Source: Welwitschia mirabilis (lineage: Eukaryota). Taken from it: 55,542 nucleotides of DNA. This document shows, in pieces, positions 25,601 to 38,336 of the stretch. The position numbers and the translations under genes are program-made. The notes under the pieces were generated by a model that did no database searches, was not told the origin of the DNA, and saw nothing but the letters and a program-made list of their open reading frames with translations. The stretch is taken from NCBI GenBank assembly GCA_051453625.1, contig JBOZIK010000001.1, forward strand, positions 3,222,760 to 3,278,301. Reading direction: 5' to 3'. Each line of letters opens with the position of its first letter. Position 1 is the first letter of the stretch.

Positions 25601-26581
25601 TCAAGTCTACTTTACCTTATGATTTTAATGATTATTATTTTTAAAAGTTTGACTTAAAATATCTTAGAATTTGAAATTGGAATAAATCTTATCTTGTTGA
25701 TGATAATCCATGCTTAAAAATGATCTTAAGGATATTTTCAATCTTATTAAACATTCTCAAAAGCCCTTAAAAACATCTGGATCCATTCTTTGAGTTATTC
25801 CTTGCATGAATTTTATAGTGATACTCATGATTTATAATGTTTTAATAAGAGATTATATATCAATGAAATTTATCAATTCTTTATCTCTTATTTGGATTTT
25901 AAAATTTGTGTTGTTAAAGTTTGATCATTTTACTCTTTTTTCCTCGAATTGATTTTACTCCAAAATGATTGTATATATTTTATGTTTTATCAATTGATTT
26001 CTATTTGATTTGGCCCTTATTTTTTTTAAAAAAATATAATACACATTTTACATAACTAGTTAAATCTCTCAATGATTTAGTCCTTATCTTTTAGAAAAAG
26101 TACATCTTAAAATGGCTTAGTTGAAATCTCCAACCTAAACACTTGGGAAATTTAGAAGTTAATAAATAGAAGGTTAAAAATAATTGAAATATCTATTGAT
26201 TAAACTTAAACATGATAGAAGCACTTGTCTTGAATTTTTCTCTTACTATTATCTAAATTTCTTCCTTAGTTGATTCTCTTTGTAAATGTCATACTATCAC
26301 TTGAACATCTTTTACTTGATTAATGTTTTACTTTATAAAGTTACCATGACTAGTAAATCTTCTATTAGATATTTTAAGTGACAAGATTAGATTCATCCAA
26401 TCTTAAGACATTCATATATCTATGTACTTTATTTTGAAAAAAGATACCTTGGTTTCTTTTATGCTCTCTCAATGATGTAAGTCTTTAGTTGTTTAGATGT
26501 TTTTTATTGTTTCTTATTTTATTACTTCATCCTTATTCTTACAAGTACTAGGTCATGTGGAATCTACTATTTTGACTTAAA

Positions 26582-26624
26582 AGAAGAAGAAGAAGAAGAA
26601 GAAGAAGAAGAAGAAGAAGAAGAA
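26582..26624. repeat. (AAG)n microsatellite
   Basis: About 14 perfect units. A (CTT)n run at ~54028-54052 marks the homologous position in copy A3. Confidence 0.95.
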
Positions 26625-27123
26625 TGATCATGATCTTTTGTATCTAAACTAAAACCATGGTCATCATGATGTCCTACCACATGCACACCAAGGCAAATTT
26701 TCCCAAGAGAATCCTTTAGTAGTGTGATATGGTAGTTGTGGAAACTTCACTAGCAGGTTAGTTGGCCATGCTATGTGGTTTCTTACTCTTTTTATAGTGG
26801 TTATACTTCCTTCATCATGAAAAAAATGAAAAAATAAAAATAAATAATAATAATTTTAATTTAGAGGCTATGAGTCAATGATGTCCTTAGTGTCATTAGA
26901 GGCATTGCTTATTTTCTAGACTCAATTTTACATATAGCAATTCTACATGATCATTCTACTTTTTTGGATTCTGGTATTATTTTTGGGAATGAGCTAGTGA
27001 GTTTACTTTTGAGTAACTTTTGANNNNNNNNNNNNNNNNNNNNNNNNNNNNNNNNNNNNNNNNNNNNNNNNNNNNNNNNNNNNNNNNNNNNNNNNNNNNN
27101 NNNNNNNNNNNNNNNNNNNNNNN

Positions 27124-27170
<47 letters not shown>
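27124..27170. repeat. (GA)n microsatellite adjacent to a gap
   Basis: Directly visible. Confidence 0.95.
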
Positions 27171-27173
<3 letters not shown>

Positions 27174-29188
27174 AACAGAAAATAAAATAAATGAATAATG
27201 ATCATGATCTTTTATATCTTAACTAAAACCATGGTCATCATGATGTCCTATTGCAAGCACACTGGGGTAAATTTTCCCAAGAGGGACCTTTGTTAGTATG
27301 ATACAGTAGCTATGAAAACTCCATTAGGGAGTCAGTTGGCTATGTTGTATGGTTCCTTACTCCTTTGACAGTGGTTTCACTTCCTCATCATGGAAAAATA
27401 ATTTTTACTTAGAGGTCAAGGGATCAGTGATGTCCTAGTGTCATCAAAAGCATTTCTTATTTTCTAGACTTATTTTTCATATAGTACTTCTATACGATCA
27501 TTCTACTTTTTTTTGAATTCTAGTATTATTTTGGAATATAAGAAAGTAAGTTCATTTCTGAGTAGCTTTTGGTCTTATCATTCCTTGATTGAAAACATTA
27601 GATATACTTGGTCTCATCATAATCATTGCCTATTTAAGTGGTACTTTATGAGTTTTTTTTTTACATTATGTTATGCATCATTATTAGGTGATTTTTAACA
27701 AGGAACTTTGCCATGTTGAAATTTTGGATAGATAAAGAATCTTCTTCGTGTTCTTAGTTGTTCATTTTTATTATGTTTTATTTAGTCATTTTGTTTGGAA
27801 TTTTCAAAGTCATTTTCATATCTTTTTCCATATAATAATTAGGACTTAATAATTTGGTGGTTTTTGGTTGTCTTTTTATTTTCAATTGTAGTTTTTATCC
27901 ATAAGGATTATTTTTCTTTTAGAACTTTAATTGATGCATTTTTTTTAATTTGATTGATGTGTTCTTTTGTTTTATGCTAATGTCCTTTTTCCATTTCTTT
28001 ACCTTTAATTTTGCATACATCCACTTATAAAATATTAAATGCTTATTGCATTTGAGATATATTTGAGGATTTTATTTAGCATTGATTTTATCTATTTGAT
28101 TCCTTATCATAGCCTGATCCTTTTTTATTTCCTTGAGCTTTTCCTATTTTTGACTCCTTTACCATGATTAATTGGATGATGATTCTTAGCTTTTACCTAT
28201 CTTTTAGAGTTTATGATGACTTTTTGTGGCTTCACTGTTGCTATTCTCAATTATCTAATTCTACTTGAACTTTACTATTTTTCTAGATTCTTATTTTTTC
28301 TAGTGTCATCCCACTTATGTCATTTGGATGATTACATGAATAACACAACTCTTCTTAGCTTATTGCAATACAGGATGTATTGATTCCTCTGTGTAGGGGA
28401 AGGGAGGGAAGGATTGGTTTTTACAAAATCTTAAAGATATTTAAGCAAAAATTTTATTTATGAGGGTTATTTTGAGACTTCATGATACATATATATGGTG
28501 CACTGGTTGATATATGATTTTATATTACTTGTATGATATGTGTTATGGGTATTATTAGTAGGCCACAGTAACACAGTTACTGAACTTTCTTACAGGTGTA
28601 ATTTAAAATACTCAAGAGACCATGAATAAGAGAAGTAATATTATGATTATTTTTTCCTTCAAGATTTTCCCTTATAGAATGTATTTAAAACTCACTAATG
28701 GATTTGTATATATCATTTTGAATTATCACTNNNNNNNNNNNNNNNNNNNNNNNNNNNNNNNNNNNNNNNNNNNNNNNNNNNNNNNNNNNNNNNNNNNNNN
28801 NNNNNNNNNNNNNNNNNNNNNNNNNNNNNNNNNNNNNNNNNNNNNNNNNNNNNNNNNNNNNNNNNNNNNNNNNNNNNNNNNNNNNTAATGAAGATATTAG
28901 TACTTGTATTTTTTTGATGATCATGTTTGTAAGCATCTCATTTTTATTTTGATTTTTTAAGCCTATCATCCCAATTGTCGTCTAGAAAATATATAGGATG
29001 ACATATCTATTATGCATCCTATAGAGGTATTACATCAGTTAATTAGTTTTTTATATTTAATCCTACATGGTAAATATTTCTAAACTTAATTTAAATTTTC
29101 CTAGTTACTATTTATATTAATCAAATTAGCTTACAACATTGTTAATCACTTACTTTTTCAGGGATTGATAAGGCTAAGTAGGGGGTTA

Positions 29189-30546
29189 TATTATAATGTT
29201 AATTTATAGGATTTTTATGGGATATTTTGAGTACTTTTGTAGGACATTTATACAAGTTTAGATGCAATTCTAATGATTATAAAGAGTTGATGAGATGATC
29301 ATGGAAACACACAATTCTTGGCATATTTAGAAGCATTTTAGGCATATTAAGTACTTAGTGTTTTGGAAGAAGATTAATGATGAAGGAGGATCACTTGATT
29401 TAGCTAAAAAGCTTTTGAAGGATGTCATACCCATTATCATCCCCATGACATTCAGGACAACAAAACTTTAGTAGCTTATTACAATAACAACATGGACTAG
29501 AGCTAGGAGCTAATGAGTGCACTTTTTTAAGGAGATGTCATCTCTATTGTCATCCCTATGACATAAAGGATAGAAACAAATTTGGATCTAGCTATGAGGC
29601 CAATTGTAAATCCAAAAGATAAAGACTTATTTATTATTATGGGGCATTATCCCTAGTGTCATCCCCACAATAGTCAAGACTAACAACTATTTTGTATAAA
29701 TAGAACTAAATTATCTTGTAATAGGGTCATGCATCTCATCTAGGCTACTAGGATTTCTTCTCTAAATTCTAGATTTATAGTTCTAGAACCTTTAATGTAA
29801 AAATATAAAAACCTTTCTTGTCCTAACTTCCAATTCATCTTTTATACTAGATATTCTTGTGATAGAAGATCAAAAGATAAGAGGTCAATCCATTAGCTAT
29901 AGAGAGAAGATTACCTTGGTGTTGGGATGGAGTGTCCTCCATTGAGGTGCTACTACTTTGTTGTAAGTGGATGTAAAGTTAATGATTAATTCAATTACTC
30001 TTTTCACTCCTATTATGTAAATGTACCTTATGGTTTAAGTTGATTATGGTTTAGTGATAAATCTATAGTTTTGTTTAGATCATAAGAGAAACCTTTGTTA
30101 AGGCTAACTTTATTAGTTTAGGTTTTGCATTGCATTCTATTTCATTTCATATTTGCATTATTCATATTTTGTTTAGTACACCTTATAGTTTACATTATTT
30201 AGGAATAAGTGATAACCTCTTCCTAATTGATCTAAGTTATAAGAACTAATTCTCATGATAGGAGGATTAAAATCCAAATAGAACTCATTGCACTTGCATT
30301 TCATCCATTGCATTTCATTATCTTCATCTTGCATTATAGTGAATTGTTCTTTATTTTTCATTTATTAAAATAAAAAATATTGAAGTACTTTGTGAAATCA
30401 ATTCTCTAAATTCTAACCTAGTGCCTTCAATGGATTACGACATTTAGGTTAACTCCTATTTATGCTAGAGTGTGTTTTTCTGCAAGTATTGTGATTTACA
30501 AGTTTTATCTAAGGACTTAAATCTTGTATAAATTCATGTCATAATA
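29189..30546 (+). repeat. 3' LTR of copy A2
   Basis: Degenerate termini TATTATAATG...GTCATAATA; colinear with 20983-22337; directly follows the PPT. Confidence 0.88.
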
Positions 30547-31285
30547 ATAGAATATCAAAATATTATAATCCTTACATAATAAAAAATAATTCTATATAGT
30601 ATATGAACTACTACAGTTTTACATTTTAGAATGATAAATCAATCAAACTTAAATTGGCATGACTCATAAAGCTAATATGTTGGAGATGTTATATAAACAT
30701 CTTTTTAAATAAGTAGTAATACAGATATGAAATTAAGAATAAATAGCATTACTAACATGATGTTATTACTATTCAATAAAGACAAAGTTTATCATTATAA
30801 CTAAAGGCTAAAATAACATAAGAATTCATGTTTTCATTCATAACAGAATACCAAAATCCATTTTCTTCTTCCTACTTCATGAAAAAATATTGATGAAATA
30901 GTTCTAATATAATCTCATCTATATTTTCTTTAATAAATAATTAAGATATCTGCTAGTAAATCATATTTTAAAAAGTTCATATATCATGCTTATCAAATTT
31001 AGTAATAAATACACTTGTGAAATTAAATAAAGAATAAATTAATTAAAAATTTTAAATATTTTTAAAATTCACATGCTAAATCTATAAAAGGCCAAAATTT
31101 AAGCTTATTTTACCCTTTTTTCCTTTTTTTAACTAAATAAGTTTTAAATATTAATGTATCAATGATTTCGTACATAGTTTAGCATTTATTTAGCATTTCT
31201 ATGAGTAAGTTTTAGATTACTTACTACAATTTTTCTACATCGTATCTACAATGGTAATTTTTTTATATATTCTCCATGTTTTTCC

Positions 31286-32022
31286 TTTTTTTGAAAAATA
31301 AAAAACCAACTTGCAAACTCTATTTATTCATAAAAAGTACTTATAATATTGAGTAGAAATGTTCCCTTATAGTAGAATTATATTGCAAACACTAGAGATT
31401 ATCAAAAAAGAAAGATTAATTTTTGTAAAAGGAATATGCAATAGCAAATAAAAGAAATAAAAGAGAGTAAAAAGGAGTAATAAAATGGATGAAGCTATAT
31501 ATGAAAAACTCCTATATTTTTAGAAGAGATTCTAATGATATCTCTACACTAAATGCTCTCAAGTTTATCTACCAGGATCTTGAAAGCTTGTTTAACTTCT
31601 TTGAATGCTTCAACTACTTTAGGCTCTTATTTGGGTAAAGTTTGAGAGAAGGTTTCCTATAAATCATTTTGTTAATGCTTTTGGAGTGACTAACTTCTAG
31701 CATGAGGAATTGGCATTTCTGCATCCCTTTAATTATTGTAAATAGAACTAAGCTCCTAGCCTTCTCTAAGTTAAGCTCTTGAACCTCTAGTTCTTGGCCT
31801 AGCTCATGTTGAGACTTACCTTGATTATGTTAAATCTCCTCCTCTTATGGATCATTGTGATACTTTACTACACACATTTTTACTTCTTTTGGATTTTTTA
31901 GAGGCTATATCCCTTCTTCAAAGCCTAAGGGCAGAGCTATTTCAGCTTGTTCTTTAAAGGAAAAAATTAGAACTACTTCATTGATCTAATTATGGTCTAA
32001 GCTGCTTTGTAGATTTCTTCTA
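31286..32022 (-). mobile_element. 3' end of a second J-domain-bearing LINE-like element, cut by the SIRE insertion
   Basis: J-domain remnant followed by a T-rich 3' UTR, AATAAA (rc 31323-31328) and A7 (T7 at 31286-31292). No ORF2 is visible because the element is interrupted at 32023. Confidence 0.65.
31555..31790 (-). pseudogene. DnaJ J-domain remnant (second copy)
   Basis: 'ELNLEKARSLVLFTIIKGMQKCQFLMLEVSHSKSINKMIYRKPSLKLYPNK/[frameshift]/PKVVEAFKEVKQAFKILVD'. YPNK (tac cca aat aag) is two transitions from HPDK. Confidence 0.8.
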
Positions 32023-33590
32023 TGAGGATTGTTGATCTCATAGGAAAGGGATGATTTAATTGTAACAAATGAAATTTAAATTAACAATAGAATAAAATTC
32101 ATAATAAAAAAGCACCTTACTAAGATAATGTGAATTCCCAACCTGGGTACATCCATACACAGAGGGTGTTTTTTACTCAAACCTTTAGATATTCTTGACC
32201 TACAAGAAAATAGTGGTTTTCTAGTGTACCACTAATATTATAATAAATTGGAGTATCCTTGTAAAGCAACACTCTCTTCCCTAGAAGGGAATAGCAGTTT
32301 TCATAAGTACATGATAAACCTTATAATAATGAAAGTCTCCTTACAAGGAAATACTCTCTTCCCTCTAAGGAAATAGTGGTTTTCAAAATTGCATCATGAA
32401 TCTTAAAAGAGTGAAAGTCTCCTTGCAAGATAGCACTCTCTTTTCCATAAGGAAATAATGGTTTTCTATTTTGCTAATAATCTTAGAACAAACAAGGGCT
32501 CACAGGCACTATCTCAAATGCACACCTATACAAGGATTTCCTTACATATAGATTGATTCAATAATGGACTTACAAGAATATTCAATAATAAGATAGTTTA
32601 CAATGTAAAAACAAAAGTATAATACAATAATAAGATCTATCTTTGATGAAGATTTGAGAGTCTTGATGTTATTGTTTTCATCATGAGTATAAGTGAAGAA
32701 TGTAGTAATGAAGATCCAAGAGTGAATAATGAAATCAATGAAAGCTCCTTTTTAAATGATGACTTTGATTTTTCATGAGGAGTTCCTTTCACTTGTGTGT
32801 TCTTTATTCTTTATCTGATTGTTATTTTTCAAGGTTTAAAAAGATGCATATTTGTTAAGGTTTCAAATATTCTTATTTATTTCATAATATTGAGGCTTTT
32901 TATGGTCAAAGAAGATCTAGCCATTTGATCTTGAAAGGTAGTAATTTAATTTTTTAATGGTTGTGTAATGGATAGAAAATGTTTAAGTGTTATTCACGTA
33001 ACTTTAGTTTTTGTCAATATGAACTTTGATATGAGATGTCTTCATTTTTGTAGAGGTCTACTAATAGTCAAACATGTTTACCTTGTAGATGTCTTCAATC
33101 AACTTACTCAGATTTCAATGAAACTTGCTCTATATTATCTTTGGACCCTTGTTATCATGAATTTGCAATGTACAAGTTGATAACTCAATTGAAACATAAG
33201 ATATTAGTTAAAAACTAAATTAACTCTATTACCTATTTCAACTCAGTATAGATGTCTTCAAACATATAGTCATCTTCATCTGTGTTAGGTCTAAGTTTCA
33301 GCATAATTGTCTTAATGAGATAGTTATCTTAAGCGTGTGACATGTTTTTTAATACATTTAAGACATCTTCAATTTCCTAAACATATATACTAGATACGTC
33401 TTCTATTTTTCAGATATCTTTAAACAACTAATTTTATAGTTTAACATTTGTTCCTTTTTATGAGATGTTGTCTTTAAAGATCCATCATGGTCTAAGGCCT
33501 ATCAATGTCTAATTTTCTTGGTATTGACCTATCTAAAAAATGATATAAAATATTTGATAAGTAAAATTATAAAAACTAGATTTACCAACA
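32023..33590 (-). repeat. SIRE 3' LTR with ~58-bp tandem units (~32205-32470) and AGAYRTCT motifs
   Basis: rc starts TGTTGGTAAA at 33590; colinear with 49328-51067. Confidence 0.88.
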
Positions 33591-34399
33591 ATTTTTTTCT
33601 TTCTGATAATGTCCAAAACTTGGTAAATCTCATTAGTGCAATCTTATTAAATCAACTAAAATCAAACATTTATATTTTAGAGAAATGTACATAATCAACG
33701 TTTGCAATGATTTTGAAAAATCATGATATTAACCACTTGAAAGATGAAAACACATAGATATATATCACTTAAAAATAGATTAAGACATATTAAAGAACTA
33801 ATTAAATAGTTTAACTAATGGCACAGAAATAATTAATGAATCATGATATTTTCCATTCAAATAATCATGTAGAATGTAAAGCACAAAAAATATTTTTGAT
33901 CATTCCTTAAGTAAGATATTCTAATAGTAATGTGCAAAAATATCAAAGAATAGAATTGCAATTAAAGTGTCAACAATACATCATAAGAAATATATTGAGA
34001 AATGAACATCAAATTATGATATTATAAAAAATGTGCTAGTATCATATGATATTAAAATAATGAAATAATTTTAATCAATAATGATCAAAGTATACCATGT
34101 TTAAAAGCATGCCAATGAAAGTATTTCATTAAGAAAAAAAGTATGTCAATTATAAAAACATGTGCTAATAAGAAGTAACGTAGAAAATATCAAATAACAA
34201 TAATGTATTCCAAAATATTAGAAGGGATTATTAATAATAATGATGATATTCATGGATCTAATTCAATATCTCGTAATCAGGAACTCTAAGCCCAATAAAG
34301 TGTCCTTAATATAAAAACTATAGTTCCCAACTAAATATCACTGATATATGACTAATTTGCCAATACTTTTCCCTCTTTTTGCATAGCATAAAAGGCTAT

Positions 34400-36214
34400 A
34401 ATCACTAAGAGTGAAGTAGCTGATATAATACTCATTTCAGCCTTCTTCATTACTATTATCATTGCAATGTGTAGTGGAAGTTATTTGGATGTAGGATGAT
34501 GAGGAAGTAGGTGATGAAGTATGTCTCTTCCTAAAAGGATACTCAAATGTCTTTCCATGACCCTTAAACACTTGTCTTCTCATATTTTGATATGTTTGAG
34601 GAGTGATAGACATCCAAAATAAACTAATGGTGGTGATCTATGCAAAGGATGGAGGTAACTACATGAAGAAAAGTGGTTCTATCTAACATGAGATGACAAT
34701 GATAATGATGGACACAATAAATGTGGAGAAGGTACACATGGTGGTGGTGATTAGATTATGGGATGAGATGAAGATGGCTAAGTGAGATGATAGATAGGAA
34801 TATTATGACATGAATGGTAAAATATAAGAGGTAGTATATCTAAGCTTTTGGACTTTATTTATTTCTATGGCTACCTCTCCTATAAAGGACCTAGATCTTT
34901 TTACTCCTCTTGCACATGTGCTTTTATGGGAGCTTCGTACTCCCTCTAAGCTTATGTCTTATATTTAAAAAAATCTACTATAAATTCACTCTCTTTTGCC
35001 TTACTAGAGGTATATCCTATGATAAATGGAGCTAAAGGTTTTGCTTTCTCTTCTTATTCCAACTCCTCCTTTGAGTTTGACCATGTGGGAGTCCTCATGG
35101 ATTCCCAACTCTCTACTGGTGCCTCACCCTTGCTTGCTGTAGATCTATGTTTCTTAAGCCTTAAAAGATTTATTTTAATTTGATCCATCATTTTTGTAAT
35201 GGCTTTAATCCCTTGTTCACCGTTAAAGAGCTATGAGTAGCAATAGAAAATGATCTCTGATACTATGGTATCCTCCTACTTATACCCTCACTTGATGGCA
35301 CCAGTAATCTGTGTTTCTCACTAAACTCTCCTAAAGGCTTCTTCTAATAAACAAGGTTAACTTGAGGCATTGAAATATCTAAACTACTAGTAATCAAGCT
35401 AATAAGATCAGGGTAACCAAAAGTCTATCCTTTATGAAATAATGAGATGATAGTCATGCACAAAATAAAAATCCAAATCTGTCTTTAATCTAGAAAGTAA
35501 ATAAAATACATGAAGGTATGCATAGGTTTGTAATAGCTATAACTTCCTCCTCTAATCAAAATATCATAAAATGTTATGAAACTAAGAAATGAAGCATTTG
35601 AAATCATATGTTTTTTTTTTAAAGTTTTTAATAAAGTTCATTCTACTATGTTCAAACAAAACAATGCTTATATTATACTAAGGCATATTGACAATCCTAG
35701 GACTAAATATTTCGTTAAAAGAATGAGTATAAATTTAAGAAACTTCTGTGCCATCTATGCTGAGCAAGGAATTAACAAAACTAGAAATAAGATGTAAAGT
35801 AGTACCTCTAATCTGTGTTTAAAAGGCACTCATGCTATCATTAATTTCATGTATATTGGCATAGAACTCTCTTATCACTAGATCAAGAATAGGCTAGTAT
35901 AACTTAATGATCATTTTCCATCTAAGTTTAGTAAAGTAATCCATGAATTTATCCCTACACATTGTCTAAAAACTAAAGATTCTTTCTACAATAATAGAAT
36001 TTCTAGACCATGTTCTATATCTTCTTGTACCTAGCTCATGATAGAAATGTTATTCATACTATGATATTTTTTTATTCTAAGGCTTGATCTTTACCTATAG
36101 AAGTTTTAACTACCTTTCTTCTAATAATATTTGCAAATAGAATAAGAAACTAATTAAAAAAAACTAAAATGTAAGAAACTATGAAAAATATTCACCTACT
36201 TAAGAGAAAACCAT
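34400..36214 (-). pseudogene. SIRE env-like ORF (Transposase_32/PF20167-like domain, Pro/His/Ser-rich tail); ends approximate
   Basis: 'SIIVERIF...YFTKLRWK...DLVIREFYANIHE...TQIRGTTLHL' (VIREFYAN at ~35855-35878), located between gag and the PPTs. Confidence 0.75.
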
Positions 36215-36999
36215 GTCGTTGCTTGCTGTTGAGATGTCTTAAAGATCTAAGATGTTTTGCCAAAGAAATTTAAGAAAATGAAGCTTAAAAATTTGAGAGA
36301 GATACCTATTGAGTGAGGACTTGAAAATGAGATTTAGTAGTTTATTCTAAAAATAAAAAGGGTCAAAACCCTAAGTTTTTTTTTTTTTAATTTCTACAAT
36401 AGTATAGTCAAGATGTCTATAACCTAAAAGACATCTAAAATGCAAAAAGTAGATGTCTACAAACTCAAAGACATCTCCAATTAGAAAAATTCAATACATT
36501 TTAAAAAATTAAAATAACATATCTATTCTTTAAAGACATTTACCAAACTTAAGATGTCTGTTTTCAGGATGTTTATAAATCTTAAGACATCTTACTTAAA
36601 AACATCTATAAAACTAAAGATGTTTTCAATGAAAGTTCTAGAATTTGCAAAAAGATCTATGAATATTATAAATATGATAATAACACTTTGAAAAGATAAA
36701 TACTAAGCACATAATTTAACTTTAAGTACATTTACCATATCTAATATTAATCTTAACTCATAAGATAAACATAATGTGGAGTTGAGAATTTAAAAGATGT
36801 TACCTATAGGCTTGCCTAATTTGATAAGGCCTTATCTTTAAGATCTTATACAACTTCACATATCTTTCTGTACCTTAAGATTTTATGGTCTTCTTGCCAT
36901 GTAGATTATTGATGTATTATATTGTAACATCATTATTATATCTTTTGTATTGTATTAGATCCTTTTGGATCAAGTCCTACTTTTTATGACTAGGTTTAT

Positions 37000-38331
37000 A
37001 GTGCCAGCGCTTTTCTTCTCCTATTTTGTTTAATAAACACTTGATTTCATTATTAAAAGAAAATTATAATGTATCTTGTACTAGAAGTACCTGTTTCACT
37101 TTTGGTATCTAAAAATTCCTTGGTTTATCTTTCATAAAATTCTGTACCATTCTACTATGCCTCTTGGTATTGTTAGTATAATACCTGTTTGCTAACTTCA
37201 TTGGACATATATACTAATAATGACATCTATTATGATAATAACAGAAAATAATATTATTTGTAAATATCAAATGTTTATACCTTGACTTATAATTCCATTT
37301 TTCAAATAGAAAGACTGAAGTGCTACTTGTAACTTCATGTATGCCACACCATTCTTAACAATTGAGTTTCTACATTATCCAAGCATTATATTTAAATTCT
37401 TCTTTATTTGGATAAATCTTTTAATGATTTTATTTGAATTTGAAAGTTTCTATCTTACATTCTTTAAATCATACATTAGCTTACCAAACTCAATTTTAAG
37501 ACCTGAGTTTTTAGAGGATAATTTATTGTAAGTATTCTTTTATTATTCATATGCTTCTTCATGAGTATGAAGTTGCTTTCTCATCTTAATGCATAATTTT
37601 TATAGATTAATAAACTATTCATAAATTATAACATACTTTTTTTGAACACTCATACTTGTATCATTTTTACTATCTAAATCATCCTCTTGTTCTGTCTCAT
37701 CATCTTCTTCTTAAAAGTGTGCAATAGCCATGTAGGAAGGATGTGTTTTTTCATCATCAAATGTTTCTTCTTCATTTGCCTTTCCATCATCATTCCATAT
37801 TATAAAGAATTATTTCTTCTTTTTTGGCTTTTTTCTTTATTCTTTATCCCACATTGTGTTAGGACTAAGACATTCTAAGGCTATATGTCATCGATCTATA
37901 CATACCAATATTCTACTTTTGAAATATAAGAAAAAGCATCATTATTAGGAAACTTACCTTTAGACTTACCTTTGGCTACAAAACTAGATGATATTATGAG
38001 GTCCTCCCTTTTGTTATGTTAGTATGCAAGAAGTCTCTTTGCCCATTTTGTAATGAAGGTAAGTTCTTCATCTTCATTATTAGAGTTATCTTTTTCCTTT
38101 GCCTTTCCTTTTGATATCTAATTTATGCTTTGACTTGCCTTTAGTGTAATAGTTTTTTTCTTTTAATACTCTGTCTTGTATAAGAATCATTTCATATGCT
38201 ATAAGAGCACTCTATAGCTCTTCTATCTTCATTGTGTTGAAATCTCTAGACTCTTTCATAGTTGTAGTTTTAGGCTTGTATTCAGACGTTAGTAATCTAA
38301 TAAATTTTTGTATTACCTTTTCTTCTAGAAT
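37000..38331 (-). pseudogene. SIRE gag, C-terminal part
   Basis: 'ILEEKVIQKFIRLLTSEYKPKTTTMKESRDFNTMKIEEL*SALIAYEM' and a zinc-knuckle remnant 'HIALEC' (~37870-37890). Confidence 0.85.
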
Positions 38332-38336
38332 ATCTT

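Larger units (their letters stand above)
23858..30546 (+). mobile_element. Family-A copy A2: internally deleted Athila-like element (leader, low-complexity ORF remnant, integrase tail, long 3' region, PPT, 3' LTR)
   Basis: Homologous to rc 1-3700 and rc 51068-54620. Only the GPY/F integrase tail (~26050-26180) of pol is present. PPT AAGGCTAAGTAGGGGG at ~29170-29185. The 5' end is hidden by the gap at 23758-23857. Confidence 0.8.

Noticed and set aside
32205-32470. ~58-bp repeat array resembling a CRISPR
   Set aside because: The units are wholly homologous with no unique spacers, are repeated in the sister LTR (~49690-49950), and sit in a eukaryotic context without cas genes.
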